Source: an uncultured Acidobacteriota bacterium (lineage in GTDB: Bacteria; Actinomycetota; Acidimicrobiia; Spongiisociales; ZC4RG35). From it: 64,000 nt of DNA. The stretch is from NCBI GenBank assembly GCA_963828465.1, contig CAWHEU010000024.1, positions 85,569 through 149,568 of the forward strand, read 5' to 3'. The notes under the pieces were generated by a model, which made no database searches, had not been told where the DNA came from, and saw only the letters and a program-made list of their open reading frames with translations. The stretch's first letter is position 1. Each line of letters opens with the position of its first letter. The position numbers were made by a program, and so were the translations under genes. Below are positions 28,902-37,970 of this stretch, in pieces.

Positions 28902-29927
28902 GTGACTGATGTGCGCATGACCGAGTATTCCCACGGGGCCGGTTGCGCCTGCAAGCTCGGGCCCGACGACCTGGCCAGGGTGATGGGAACGGTCATCGGG
29001 CACGCGGCCAGCTCACACCCCGACCTCCTGGTTGGAACTGCTTCCTCGGATGACGCGGGCGTATACGACATCGGCGCCGGTCGTGCCCTCGTGCAGACCG
29101 TCGACATCTTCACCCCGGTGGTCGACTCGCCTTCGGACTGGGGTCGCATCGCAGCGGCCAACGCTCTCAGCGATGTCTATGCCATGGGTGGAGCGCCCCT
29201 GACCGCCTTGCAATATCTGGCTTGGCCCCGGGACCGGCTCGACTTGGACCTGGCGGCCGATGTGATCTCCGGTGGCATGGAGGTCATGGCGAAGGCAGAG
29301 TGCACTGTGGTCGGAGGGCACTCGATCGACAGCCCCGAGCCGACCTATGGCTTTGCAGTAACCGGCATGGTCGGGTCCGACTCGTATTTCCCGAACTCGG
29401 GGGCGGAGCCGGGCGACACGTTGATCCTGACCAAGCCTTTGGGGATCGGCATCGTCACGACCGCCATCAAGCGCGGGAAGTGCCCACCCGACCTGGCTAC
29501 CAAAGCGATCGAGTCGATGACCACGCTGAATGATGTCGCAGGCAACGCCCTGACTCGGAGCTCGGCGCACGCCGCCACCGATGTCACCGGCTTCGGCCTG
29601 CTCGGCCATCTCCGGGAGATGTGCCTCGCTTCCGACGTCTCGGCGACGATCGCCCTGCATCGTGTCCCGGTTTTCGACGGGGTGAGAGAGTTGCTGGACG
29701 CGGGGATGTGGGCCGGTGGATCGGCGCGCAACCTGAAGTCTGTCCTCGAGTTCGTCGAGTCAGAGGTAGACGAGGACGACCTGAAGTTGTTGGCGGATGC
29801 CCAGACGTCCGGCGGGCTCCTGGTGGCCGTTCCGTCGGAGTCGGCCGGCGAGTACTTCCAATCGGTGCCTGGATCGGCCCTCATCGGCCGCGTCGAGTCC
29901 GGCACCGGAATCACGGTCACGGCGTGA
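28902..29927 (+). CDS. selD: Selenide, water dikinase (Cys form)
   Basis: HGAGCACK, SDDAGV, AANALSDVYAMGG, GGHS, TDVTGFGLLGH, DAQTSGGLL. Confidence 0.95.
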   Translation: MTDVRMTEYSHGAGCACKLGPDDLARVMGTVIGHAASSHPDLLVGTASSDDAGVYDIGAGRALVQTVDIFTPVVDSPSDWGRIAAANALSDVYAMGGAPLTALQYLAWPRDRLDLDLAADVISGGMEVMAKAECTVVGGHSIDSPEPTYGFAVTGMVGSDSYFPNSGAEPGDTLILTKPLGIGIVTTAIKRGKCPPDLATKAIESMTTLNDVAGNALTRSSAHAATDVTGFGLLGHLREMCLASDVSATIALHRVPVFDGVRELLDAGMWAGGSARNLKSVLEFVESEVDEDDLKLLADAQTSGGLLVAVPSESAGEYFQSVPGSALIGRVESGTGITVTA

Positions 29928-30349
29928 ACAGTCAGGAGCGACTCGAAGCGATCGCAGTGGCTCTGTCCATCCCCCGGGCAGAGCGACACATCTTCCTCTG
30001 CGCCGATCAGACCAACCCCAAATGCGCACCCCGCGAAGTCACTCACGCCCTGTGGAGCCATCTCAAGTCGAGGCTCAAGGATCTGGGTCTGGCTTCGGCG
30101 CCGCCACCCTGGTCAGGCAAGCCGGAGGCAGAAGCCACGGAGGTGGAGCGAGGCGATGGGTCAGTCCTGAGGAGCAAGGTCGACTGTCTCCGCATCTGCG
30201 AGCAAGGGGCGATCTGCGTCGTCTATCCCGAAGGCACCTGGTACGCCGGCCTCACCGAGGAGTCGCTGGACCGGATCATCGATGAGCACCTGACGTCAGG
30301 CACTCCCGTCGAGGATCTCGTCTTCACCGTGACGGGAGGTGCTCGATGA
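29924..30349 (+). CDS. Thioredoxin-like [2Fe-2S] ferredoxin
   Basis: RHIFLCADQTNPKC..CLRICEQG..VVYPEGTWY; GTGA overlap with selD. Confidence 0.85.
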   Translation: MNSQERLEAIAVALSIPRAERHIFLCADQTNPKCAPREVTHALWSHLKSRLKDLGLASAPPPWSGKPEAEATEVERGDGSVLRSKVDCLRICEQGAICVVYPEGTWYAGLTEESLDRIIDEHLTSGTPVEDLVFTVTGGAR

Positions 30350-31245
30350 AGAAGCTCTGGGGCTGGCTGGTGGCCTTGATCGTGTGGCGGGCTTTCGCCC
30401 CGACCATCAGCCCTCGTTTCGCACCACCTCAAGAGCACCCTTGGCGTACGGCGGGACGAACCGTGTTCGTGGGGGACCAGGAGTTCGTGGTGCGCGAGGC
30501 CGGCCCCGAAGGCGCACCGATGCTGCTGATGATCCACGGTTTGGCCGGGTCGTCCCTCGCCGAGTGGTACCGGATCGGGCCCGGTCTCGCCGAGAAGTAT
30601 CGGGTGATAATGGTCGACCACCGCAGTCATGGGTTGGCCCCTCTGGCCAGGGACCGCTTCGAGGTGGAAGACCTCGCCGACGACATGGCCGGAGTCTTAG
30701 ATGCTCTCGGTGTTGGCCGGGTATCGATAGTCGGGTACTCGATGGGTGGCACCATCGCCCAGGCCTTTGCCCGCCGTCATCCCCACCGGGTCGACCGTTT
30801 GGCCCTCATCGCCACCTTCACCCATCACCCCCAGCCGCACCGCGTCTTCCGGGCTGTTGGGGCGGTGCTCGCCCGAGCCGGGGAGCGTCTCACCGGGCTG
30901 GGGACCCCCGAGGCCCGCTCGTACTACCTCCGTTGGACCGGTGCCGTCGAGGAGCGCCACGCGCGATGGCTCTGGGAGGAGACCCACCGCCGGGATGTCG
31001 ATGCCGGCGCCCAGGCGACGCTGGCCCTCCTTCGGTTCGACTCGCGTCCGTGGATCGGGAAGATCGAGATCGAGACCCTCGTGGTCATCCCGACGTTGGA
31101 CGAGCTGGTTCCGGCTGCCTGGCAATACGAGCTGGCGGCATCGCTGCCCAATGCGACCGTCGTCGAGCTGCCCGGGGTCCGGCACGAGGCGCCCTGGACC
31201 CATCCGGACCGGGTCGTCGAAGTGATCTCAGCCTTTGTCGGCTGA
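30346..31245 (+). CDS. Alpha/beta-fold hydrolase with N-terminal membrane anchor
   Basis: IHG, DHRSHG, GYSMGG nucleophile elbow, Asp in LDELV, His in RHEAP. Confidence 0.88.
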   Translation: MKKLWGWLVALIVWRAFAPTISPRFAPPQEHPWRTAGRTVFVGDQEFVVREAGPEGAPMLLMIHGLAGSSLAEWYRIGPGLAEKYRVIMVDHRSHGLAPLARDRFEVEDLADDMAGVLDALGVGRVSIVGYSMGGTIAQAFARRHPHRVDRLALIATFTHHPQPHRVFRAVGAVLARAGERLTGLGTPEARSYYLRWTGAVEERHARWLWEETHRRDVDAGAQATLALLRFDSRPWIGKIEIETLVVIPTLDELVPAAWQYELAASLPNATVVELPGVRHEAPWTHPDRVVEVISAFVG

Positions 31246-33007
31246 GAGACGTCCTTCGAGCGGGGCGCTCACCGACAGCCGCCTGTCCAATCTGGGCGCC
31301 AACCGGATCCTGGAGGGGTTCGAGGAGTACGTGTCCCGATTCCGGGCGATAAACCAACGAGCACCCCGCCGTTTCGAGGAGCGCGATTGGCCCGGGATGC
31401 AAAGCGATGCCGTCGAGCGTCTCCGTCTTTACACGGTGGTGGTCGATCGGGTAATGGAGTCGGTGACCCACCTGCTCGCTGCCAGAGCCGACGACCCCTT
31501 GGTATGGGTGGCAGTCAAAGCGGTCTATTCGGGCCTGATCTCCGACCGGCAGGATTGGGAGCTCGCCGAGACCTTCTACAACTCCGTCACCCGGCGCGTT
31601 TTCAAGACTGTCGGCGTCGCCGAGCACATCGAGTTCGTCGACTCCGACTTCGACAGCCCGCCCATCCCGTCTCGAGAGTCGGTGTATCTGACCTTCGACC
31701 GTAGGGAGTCGACCACCGGTCTGGTCCGGGACATCCTCAACACGTTCGCCCACGCAATCCCGTATGCCCGATTGGATGCCGACGCAGACGAGGTAGCGGG
31801 GCGGATCGATGCTCGGCTCAGTGAGCCCGGCGCACTCGCGGCGGTGGGCAAGGCGGAGATCGTGCGCACCGTCTTCTACCGCGGGCAGTCTGCATACATA
31901 GTCGGGCTGCTGTATGCCGGGTCGCACAGGTTCCCGCTGATCATCGCTCTGAGTCACGGCGACGAGGGAATTTTCGTGGACGCAGTCCTCCTCACCGAGG
32001 ACGAGGCGTCAATCGTGTTCAGCTTCACCAGGTCGTATTTCTCCGTCGACGTTGCCCGTCCCTACGACCTGGCCCGCTTCCTCCGCCGACTCATGCCCCG
32101 GAAGCGCCTCGCTGAGATCTACATCGCCGTCGGGCAGGACAAGCACGGCAAGACCGAGCTTTACCGCGACCTGCTCCGACATCTGCGATCGACGGAGGAG
32201 CAGTTCCAGCCGGTGCCGGGGACGAAGGGCCTCGTGATGATCGTGTTCGGCATGCCGGGCCACGACGACGTCTTCAAGGTGATCCGTGACACATTCCCGC
32301 CACCGAAACGAACCACCCGGCGAGGGGTGATGGGTAAATACCGGCTGGTCTTCCAACACGACCGAGCGGGGAGGCTGATGGACGTCCAAGACTTCCAGCA
32401 TCTCGAGTTCCACCGGTCGCGATTCTCGTCCGCGGTCCTCGACGAGTTGCTATCCGAGGCGGCGCAGACCGTTCGGCTCGAGGGCGATTCGGTGATCATC
32501 AGCCACGTCTACGTCGAGCGCCGGGTGGTGCCGCTCGACGTCTATGTCCGGGAGGCGGCGCGTCCGGCCGCCGTCGATGCAGTGGTCGACTTCGGACAGT
32601 CGATCAAAGACATGGCCTCGACAAACATCTTTCCCGGCGACCTGCTCCCCAAGAACTTCGGCGTGACCCGCCACGGCCGGGTCGTGTTCTACGACTACGA
32701 CGAGCTGAGCTCCCTCGTCGACATCAACTTCCGGGAGCTGCCCGCAGCCCGTGACGAAGTCGAAGAACTGGGGTCGGAGCCCTGGTTCCCGGTGGGCGAC
32801 AACGATGTGTTCCCAGAGGAGCATCAGAGCTTTCTCGGGCTGGCCCCGGACCTGCGCCAGGTCTTCTTCGACCATCATGCCGACTTGTTCGGTATCGACG
32901 CCTGGCGCGCCATCCAGACCCGTATCAGATCAGGCGAGTTGATCGAAGTCTTCCCATACCGTCAGACCGCCCGTCTCCCCGGGACAGGAGCCTCCCGGGG
33001 GTGGTGA
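31235..33007 (+). CDS. aceK: Isocitrate dehydrogenase kinase/phosphatase
   Basis: ELAETFYNSV, FSFTRSYF, KHGKTELYR, PGTKGLVMIVF, VFKVIRD, HDRAGRLMD, NIFPGDLLPKNFGVTRHGRVVFYDYDE. Confidence 0.93.
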   Translation: MSAERRPSSGALTDSRLSNLGANRILEGFEEYVSRFRAINQRAPRRFEERDWPGMQSDAVERLRLYTVVVDRVMESVTHLLAARADDPLVWVAVKAVYSGLISDRQDWELAETFYNSVTRRVFKTVGVAEHIEFVDSDFDSPPIPSRESVYLTFDRRESTTGLVRDILNTFAHAIPYARLDADADEVAGRIDARLSEPGALAAVGKAEIVRTVFYRGQSAYIVGLLYAGSHRFPLIIALSHGDEGIFVDAVLLTEDEASIVFSFTRSYFSVDVARPYDLARFLRRLMPRKRLAEIYIAVGQDKHGKTELYRDLLRHLRSTEEQFQPVPGTKGLVMIVFGMPGHDDVFKVIRDTFPPPKRTTRRGVMGKYRLVFQHDRAGRLMDVQDFQHLEFHRSRFSSAVLDELLSEAAQTVRLEGDSVIISHVYVERRVVPLDVYVREAARPAAVDAVVDFGQSIKDMASTNIFPGDLLPKNFGVTRHGRVVFYDYDELSSLVDINFRELPAARDEVEELGSEPWFPVGDNDVFPEEHQSFLGLAPDLRQVFFDHHADLFGIDAWRAIQTRIRSGELIEVFPYRQTARLPGTGASRGW

Positions 33008-33151
33008 CCCACGTTCCTAGGAATCGGGCACCAGCCTCAAACTTCCCTCCGCCCGATCGTCCACCTCCCCGGATTCCGCCGGACCCATCGCATGCCCGGA
33101 GCCTATGTCCGGAATCATCGATTGGCCGGGCACACATCTAGCGTTCCGCCG

Positions 33152-33592
33152 ATGCGCACCAGGATGGTGATTCTGGCGGGAATCGTGTTGCTGATCGTGG
33201 CATGTGGTGGAGACGACACCGCCACCACTACGAGCTCGACCACCACGACCGTTCCGACCACCACCACGCAGCCAACGACCACGACGACGATGGCAACTAC
33301 GACCTCGACGGCAGCCGCGACCACTACGTCATCCCAAACGATTGACGTCTCGATAGAGAGCGGCGAGGTGGTCGGGCCGACGACGTTCAGCTTCACCGTG
33401 GGGGATGCGGTGTCGATCTGGGTGCTTTCTGATGTCGATGCCGAGATCCACGTTCACGGGTACGACCTCTTCTTCGAGGCAACGGCAGGAGTTCCGACCG
33501 AGATCGCATTGACCGTCGATGTGCCCGGGATCTGGGAAGTGGAGCTGGAGGAGACCCACGTTCCACTCTTTGTGCTCGAGGTGACTCCTTGA
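33152..33592 (+). CDS. Lipoprotein with cupredoxin-like domain
   Basis: Lipobox IVAC, Thr-rich linker, EIHVHGYD..PGIWEVELE. Confidence 0.65.
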   Translation: MRTRMVILAGIVLLIVACGGDDTATTTSSTTTTVPTTTTQPTTTTTMATTTSTAAATTTSSQTIDVSIESGEVVGPTTFSFTVGDAVSIWVLSDVDAEIHVHGYDLFFEATAGVPTEIALTVDVPGIWEVELEETHVPLFVLEVTP

Positions 33593-34947
33593 TTCGACGC
33601 TTCGGCGTCGTCTTCTTCGTCGCCGGTCTCGCCGTCCTCGGCTCGCCTTCGGTGGCGATGGCGCACGGGATCGGGGGGAGGCTCGATCTGCCGGTGCCAC
33701 TCAGCTATTTCATCGTGGGGGCGGGCGTGGTCCTGGTCATCACTTTCATCGGTCTCGCCGTCCTCTGGCCCGAGCCCCGCCTCCAGGAAGGTCCCCGTCA
33801 CGATGCCGCCCGGCTCACCGTGCGCCGGGGCTGGATCCTGCCCACCCTCGGGGTGATCGCCCTCGCCCTCGTTGTCGGGCAGTTGATCCCTCCCCTATTC
33901 GGCTTGGAGACCGATCCCACCCGCCCGACCATCGCCCCGGTCCTGGTATGGGTCGTTTTCTGGCTGGTGGTCCCCTTCGCAGGCGCCGTCATCGGCGACT
34001 GGTACACCGACATCAACCCGTGGCGATCGCTGGCCAGGGTGCTCCGGCTGGGCCGCGGCGAGCGGGCGGGTCTCCTCGACACTTTCGGCGTGTGGCCCGC
34101 TGCAATCGTGCTGGTCGCCTTCACCTGGCTGGAGTTGGTCAGCCCGGATTCGGGCAATCCGGTCACTCTGGGCACAGCCGCGCTGGTCTACACGCTCGGG
34201 ATGCTCGGCGCGATGGCATATGCGGGTCGGGAGAGCGGGCTGGCTGTTTTCGATGGCTTCACCCCGTACAACAGGCTCTTCTCCGCCATTTCTCCGCTGG
34301 GGAGACGTGACGACGGCCGTCTGGTCTGGAGGGGCTGGCTGCGCGCCCTGACCGTCCTTCCCGCCTGGAGGGGGTTACCCGCCTTCGTGGTGGTGGCCAT
34401 CGGCACCGTCACCTACGACGGCGCCTCGGCGACGGAGTCGTTCCGCAGCTTCATGGGGGACTTCGGGCAGACCATGCTCGGGGAAACGGTGCTCCTGATC
34501 GGCTGTGTCCTCGCCATCGGCGCCGCCTACTGGATCGCCTCGTGGGCTGCGGCCCGCATGGTGGGCGGTGAGTGGACAACGGCCCGCGTGGCGATGCGGT
34601 TCGCCCACACCTTGGTGCCCATCGCCCTGGCCTACGCCCTGGCCCACTACATGACACTGATCGTCTTCGAGGGGCAGCAGCTGATCGCCGCCGTGTCAGA
34701 CCCGTTCGCGCTCGGCTGGGATCTCTTCGACACTGCCGACCGCAAGGTCGACTTCTTCATCACTTCCGCCGAGCCGGTGTGGTACGCACAGGTGGCCGTG
34801 ATCGTCACCGGTCATGTGCTCGGGGTGATCTTGGCCCACGATCGGGCGCTCGGAGACTTCGGGACAGAGGCCGTTCGCTCTCAGTATGCGATGCTTCTAC
34901 TTATGGTTGCCCTGACCACACTCGGTCTGCTCATCCTCGCGGGGTGA
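33589..34947 (+). CDS. Polytopic membrane protein (family often labelled 'fenitrothion hydrolase')
   Basis: AHGIGGRLDLPVP, LVPIALAYALAHY, SDPF, GHVLGVILAHDRA, SQY. Confidence 0.7.
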   Translation: MIRRFGVVFFVAGLAVLGSPSVAMAHGIGGRLDLPVPLSYFIVGAGVVLVITFIGLAVLWPEPRLQEGPRHDAARLTVRRGWILPTLGVIALALVVGQLIPPLFGLETDPTRPTIAPVLVWVVFWLVVPFAGAVIGDWYTDINPWRSLARVLRLGRGERAGLLDTFGVWPAAIVLVAFTWLELVSPDSGNPVTLGTAALVYTLGMLGAMAYAGRESGLAVFDGFTPYNRLFSAISPLGRRDDGRLVWRGWLRALTVLPAWRGLPAFVVVAIGTVTYDGASATESFRSFMGDFGQTMLGETVLLIGCVLAIGAAYWIASWAAARMVGGEWTTARVAMRFAHTLVPIALAYALAHYMTLIVFEGQQLIAAVSDPFALGWDLFDTADRKVDFFITSAEPVWYAQVAVIVTGHVLGVILAHDRALGDFGTEAVRSQYAMLLLMVALTTLGLLILAG

Positions 34948-35126
34948 ACGTGATATTTGCGCACTATGGGGGCATCGACGAGATCGGCATCTTCGTGGTG
35001 CCCGCGGTGCTGGCCATCCTCGCCCTGCGTTGGGCGGAGCGGAGGGCAAAACGGACCGCGGCCGAGAGACAGACCGAACCGGAGATGGAAGCGGTGTCGA
35101 CAGAAGAGAGCAGCGATGGCGACTGA
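34944..35126 (+). CDS. Small single-pass membrane protein
   Basis: GTGA overlap; FAHYGGIDEIGIFVVPAVLAILALRW; overlaps the heme O synthase start. Confidence 0.6.
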   Translation: MNVIFAHYGGIDEIGIFVVPAVLAILALRWAERRAKRTAAERQTEPEMEAVSTEESSDGD

Positions 35127-36039
35127 CGGGCATGAGATGGCCATCCCGTTGATCACAGACCCCACCGCTGCGGGCGTGTCGGCCAGATCCAAGGCCGCCT
35201 CTTATTTCGCACTGACCAAGCCGCGGATCATCGAGCTGCTGCTCATCACGACAATTCCATCGATGGTCCTGGCTGCAGGTCGCTGGCCGGGGGTGTGGCC
35301 GGTCCTCGCCACGCTGATCGGGGGATCCCTTTCCGCCGGCGGGGCCAACGCTCTCAACAACTACGTCGACCGGGACATCGATCAGATCATGAAGAGGACC
35401 CGTTCGAGGCCTCTTGCCCGGCACGAGGTGCCACCGTCGAACGCCCTCGTTTTCGGCGTGGCCCTCGGCGTTGCCGGGTTCGCCTGGCTGTGGGCCACCA
35501 CCAACTTGCTCGCCGCCACCATCGCCACCGCTGCTCTTCTTTTCTATGTGTTCGTCTACACCCTGAGACTGAAGCGGACCAGCACGCAGAACATCGTGAT
35601 CGGCGGGGCGGCAGGGGCTGCTCCGACGCTGGTCGGTTGGGCGGCCGTGACCGGCTCGCTCGACCTTCCTGCCTGGGTGCTCTTCCTCATCGTCTTCTAC
35701 TGGACGCCACCTCATTTCTGGGCCCTCGCCATCAGGTATCGGGACGACTACGAGAAGGCGGGGGTGCCGATGCTCCCGGTGGTGGCCGGGGTCGAGGCCA
35801 CCACGCGCAAGATGCTGCTCTATACCGGGCTCATGGTGGCGATCAGCCTGCTCCTGGTCCCGGTGGCCGGCATGCGCTGGATCTATCTCGGCGCGGCCAT
35901 CGCCCTCGGTGCCTGGTTTCTCTGGGACACCTGGCGTGTCTATCGCCGTCCTGAGGATGCGATGCGTCTCTTCACCACGTCGACGGTGTATCTCGCTGCT
36001 CTGTTTGGAGCGGTCATGCTCGACGTGCTGGTGCGATGA
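35116..36039 (+). CDS. ctaB: Protoheme IX farnesyltransferase (heme O synthase)
   Basis: LTKPRIIELLL, NNYVDRDIDQIMKRTRSRPL, WTPPHFWALA. Confidence 0.94.
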   Translation: MATDGHEMAIPLITDPTAAGVSARSKAASYFALTKPRIIELLLITTIPSMVLAAGRWPGVWPVLATLIGGSLSAGGANALNNYVDRDIDQIMKRTRSRPLARHEVPPSNALVFGVALGVAGFAWLWATTNLLAATIATAALLFYVFVYTLRLKRTSTQNIVIGGAAGAAPTLVGWAAVTGSLDLPAWVLFLIVFYWTPPHFWALAIRYRDDYEKAGVPMLPVVAGVEATTRKMLLYTGLMVAISLLLVPVAGMRWIYLGAAIALGAWFLWDTWRVYRRPEDAMRLFTTSTVYLAALFGAVMLDVLVR

Positions 36040-36872
36040 GACGGATTCTCCCAGGGCTGCTCGGGCTGGTGATGCTGTGCGCCGCCTGCGGCTCCGATGA
36101 GGTGGAGCCTTTCGCTCTTGTTGCCTCGAGCAATGGGAGCATCGGGCTTGGCGAGCAACGAATGCTGTTCGGGCTGGTCGACCCGGAGACCGACGAATTC
36201 CTGGCTTCCCCTGACCGGGAGGCAACGGTGACCATCCGTGACGAGAACGGCTCGCCACTCGACACCTACCCGATGGAATTCATCTGGACCATCCCCGACG
36301 TGCGTGGCCTGTACGTCGCCGATGTGAACATCCCGGAAGCGGCCACCTACCAGGCCACCATCGATGCTGAGGGCCTGGCCACTGCCGGGCCGGCCGGATT
36401 CGTCGCCTACGACGACCCTCCGGTCATCGAGCCCGGTGACGAAGCCCCCGCCTCGGAGACCAGGACCTCAGCCGAGTTCCCTGATCTGTCCGTGATCAGC
36501 TCCGACCCCGAGCCCGACCCGGCGATGTATCAATCCAGCGTTGCTTCGGCCGTCACGTCTGGCGCCCCGTCCGTGATCGTCTTCGCCACACCTGCCTTTT
36601 GCGCATCCCAGGCCTGTGGGCCCCTCCTCGACCAGGTCAAGTCCCTGCGACCCGACTACCCGGGGGTGGAATTCGTCCATGTCGAGATCTACGAGGATCT
36701 CCAGGTGGCCACGCCCGAAGACCTGACGGTTGTTCCGGCCACGGGTGAGTGGGGACTGCCGTCCGAGCCTTGGGTATTCGTGGTGGACGACTCCGGTGTG
36801 GTCTCTTCGGCGTTCGAGGGCGCGGCTTCCGATGACGAGCTGACGACTGCGATCGACGCCGTCAGCCCATAG
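36036..36872 (+). CDS. Thioredoxin-fold lipoprotein
   Basis: Lipobox-like CAAC; FATPAFCASQACGP, HVEIY, LPSEPWVFVVD. Confidence 0.72.
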   Translation: MRRILPGLLGLVMLCAACGSDEVEPFALVASSNGSIGLGEQRMLFGLVDPETDEFLASPDREATVTIRDENGSPLDTYPMEFIWTIPDVRGLYVADVNIPEAATYQATIDAEGLATAGPAGFVAYDDPPVIEPGDEAPASETRTSAEFPDLSVISSDPEPDPAMYQSSVASAVTSGAPSVIVFATPAFCASQACGPLLDQVKSLRPDYPGVEFVHVEIYEDLQVATPEDLTVVPATGEWGLPSEPWVFVVDDSGVVSSAFEGAASDDELTTAIDAVSP

Positions 36873-36911
36873 TTGGTCGGGGGTTTGGCGAGTCCGTATG
36901 ATGCCAGGCCG

Positions 36912-37970
36912 ATGGTCCGGTCCCGTCACCGCCTGATTCGCCTCGGCGTCCTTATCGGCGCCATCCTCGTACTCGGGGCCTGCTCCTTCATCGGGAGCGA
37001 GGATCAGCCGTTGACCACGTTCGAGCCGGCCGGTCCCTTCGCCGAGCAGATCGACAACCTTTTCTGGCCGGTCTTCTGGATCGCCGTCGCTGTGTTCATC
37101 CTGGTGCAGGGAGCGATCCTCGTCGCCGTCTTCATGTTCCGCGATCGCGACGGGTCCAAAGAGGCCAAGCAGCTCCACGGCAGCCCGAAGCTGGAGATCG
37201 CCTGGACCATCATCCCCGCCCTCATTCTGGCCGGCATCGCAGTGCCAACCACGGCCGCGGTTTTCGAGCTGACCGAGTGTGATCCGGACGCGATCGAGAT
37301 CCAGGTGACCGGGCATCAATGGTGGTTCGAGTACCACTACCCCGAGGCCGAGGTCGACACCGCCAACATCATGGTGATCCCCGCCGGGCAAGAGGTCTGT
37401 GCCGTGATGACCTCCGACGACGTTCTGCACAACTTCTGGATCCCGGCCCTCAACGGCAAGCGCTACCTGGTGCCCGGCCAGACCACGCTGTTGCGGCTGC
37501 AGGCTGACGAACCGGGTGAGTACTGGGGGCATTGCGCCGAGTTCTGCGGTCTCTCCCACTCTCTGATGCGGGCCCGTGTCCAGGCCGTCGAGCCGGCCGA
37601 ATATGAGGCCTGGTTGGCCGAGCAACAGACTGCCGCCGCCACTCCTGCCGAGGGGACGGACGGGTATGAGGGGTTCGAAGTGTTCGCGGCCAAGGGCTGT
37701 ATCCAATGCCACACCGTCCGTTTCGAGGACGACTCGGCATCGAACATCATCGAACGCGCCTCCTTCAATGGGCCAGACCTGACCCACTTCGCCTCTCGGT
37801 CCGTGTTTGCCGGGGCCGTACTCCCTGAAGAGGGTCAGAGCCGGGACGAGGCACTCAAGGACTGGTTGGCCGACCCCCCCTACATCAAGCCCGGGAGCTT
37901 CATGCCCGACCTCGCCTTGACCGAGGCCGAGATCGATGCTCTCATCGTATGGCTGGACAGCATGGAATGA
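36912..37970 (+). CDS. ctaC: Cytochrome c oxidase subunit II with fused cytochrome c (caa3 type)
   Basis: LEIAWTIIP, GHQWWF, DVLHNFW, CuA site CAEFCGLSHSLM, heme CIQCH, MP. Confidence 0.94.
   Translation: MVRSRHRLIRLGVLIGAILVLGACSFIGSEDQPLTTFEPAGPFAEQIDNLFWPVFWIAVAVFILVQGAILVAVFMFRDRDGSKEAKQLHGSPKLEIAWTIIPALILAGIAVPTTAAVFELTECDPDAIEIQVTGHQWWFEYHYPEAEVDTANIMVIPAGQEVCAVMTSDDVLHNFWIPALNGKRYLVPGQTTLLRLQADEPGEYWGHCAEFCGLSHSLMRARVQAVEPAEYEAWLAEQQTAAATPAEGTDGYEGFEVFAAKGCIQCHTVRFEDDSASNIIERASFNGPDLTHFASRSVFAGAVLPEEGQSRDEALKDWLADPPYIKPGSFMPDLALTEAEIDALIVWLDSME

Noticed and set aside
28938-28955. Selenocysteine in SelD or other in-frame TGA selenoproteins
   Set aside because: The codons are TGC GCC TGC; I found no gene in the window that needs TGA readthrough and no tRNA-Sec
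33008-33151. ncRNA in the interval between aceK and the cupredoxin-like gene
   Set aside because: Only short bulged GC pairings, as expected at this GC content
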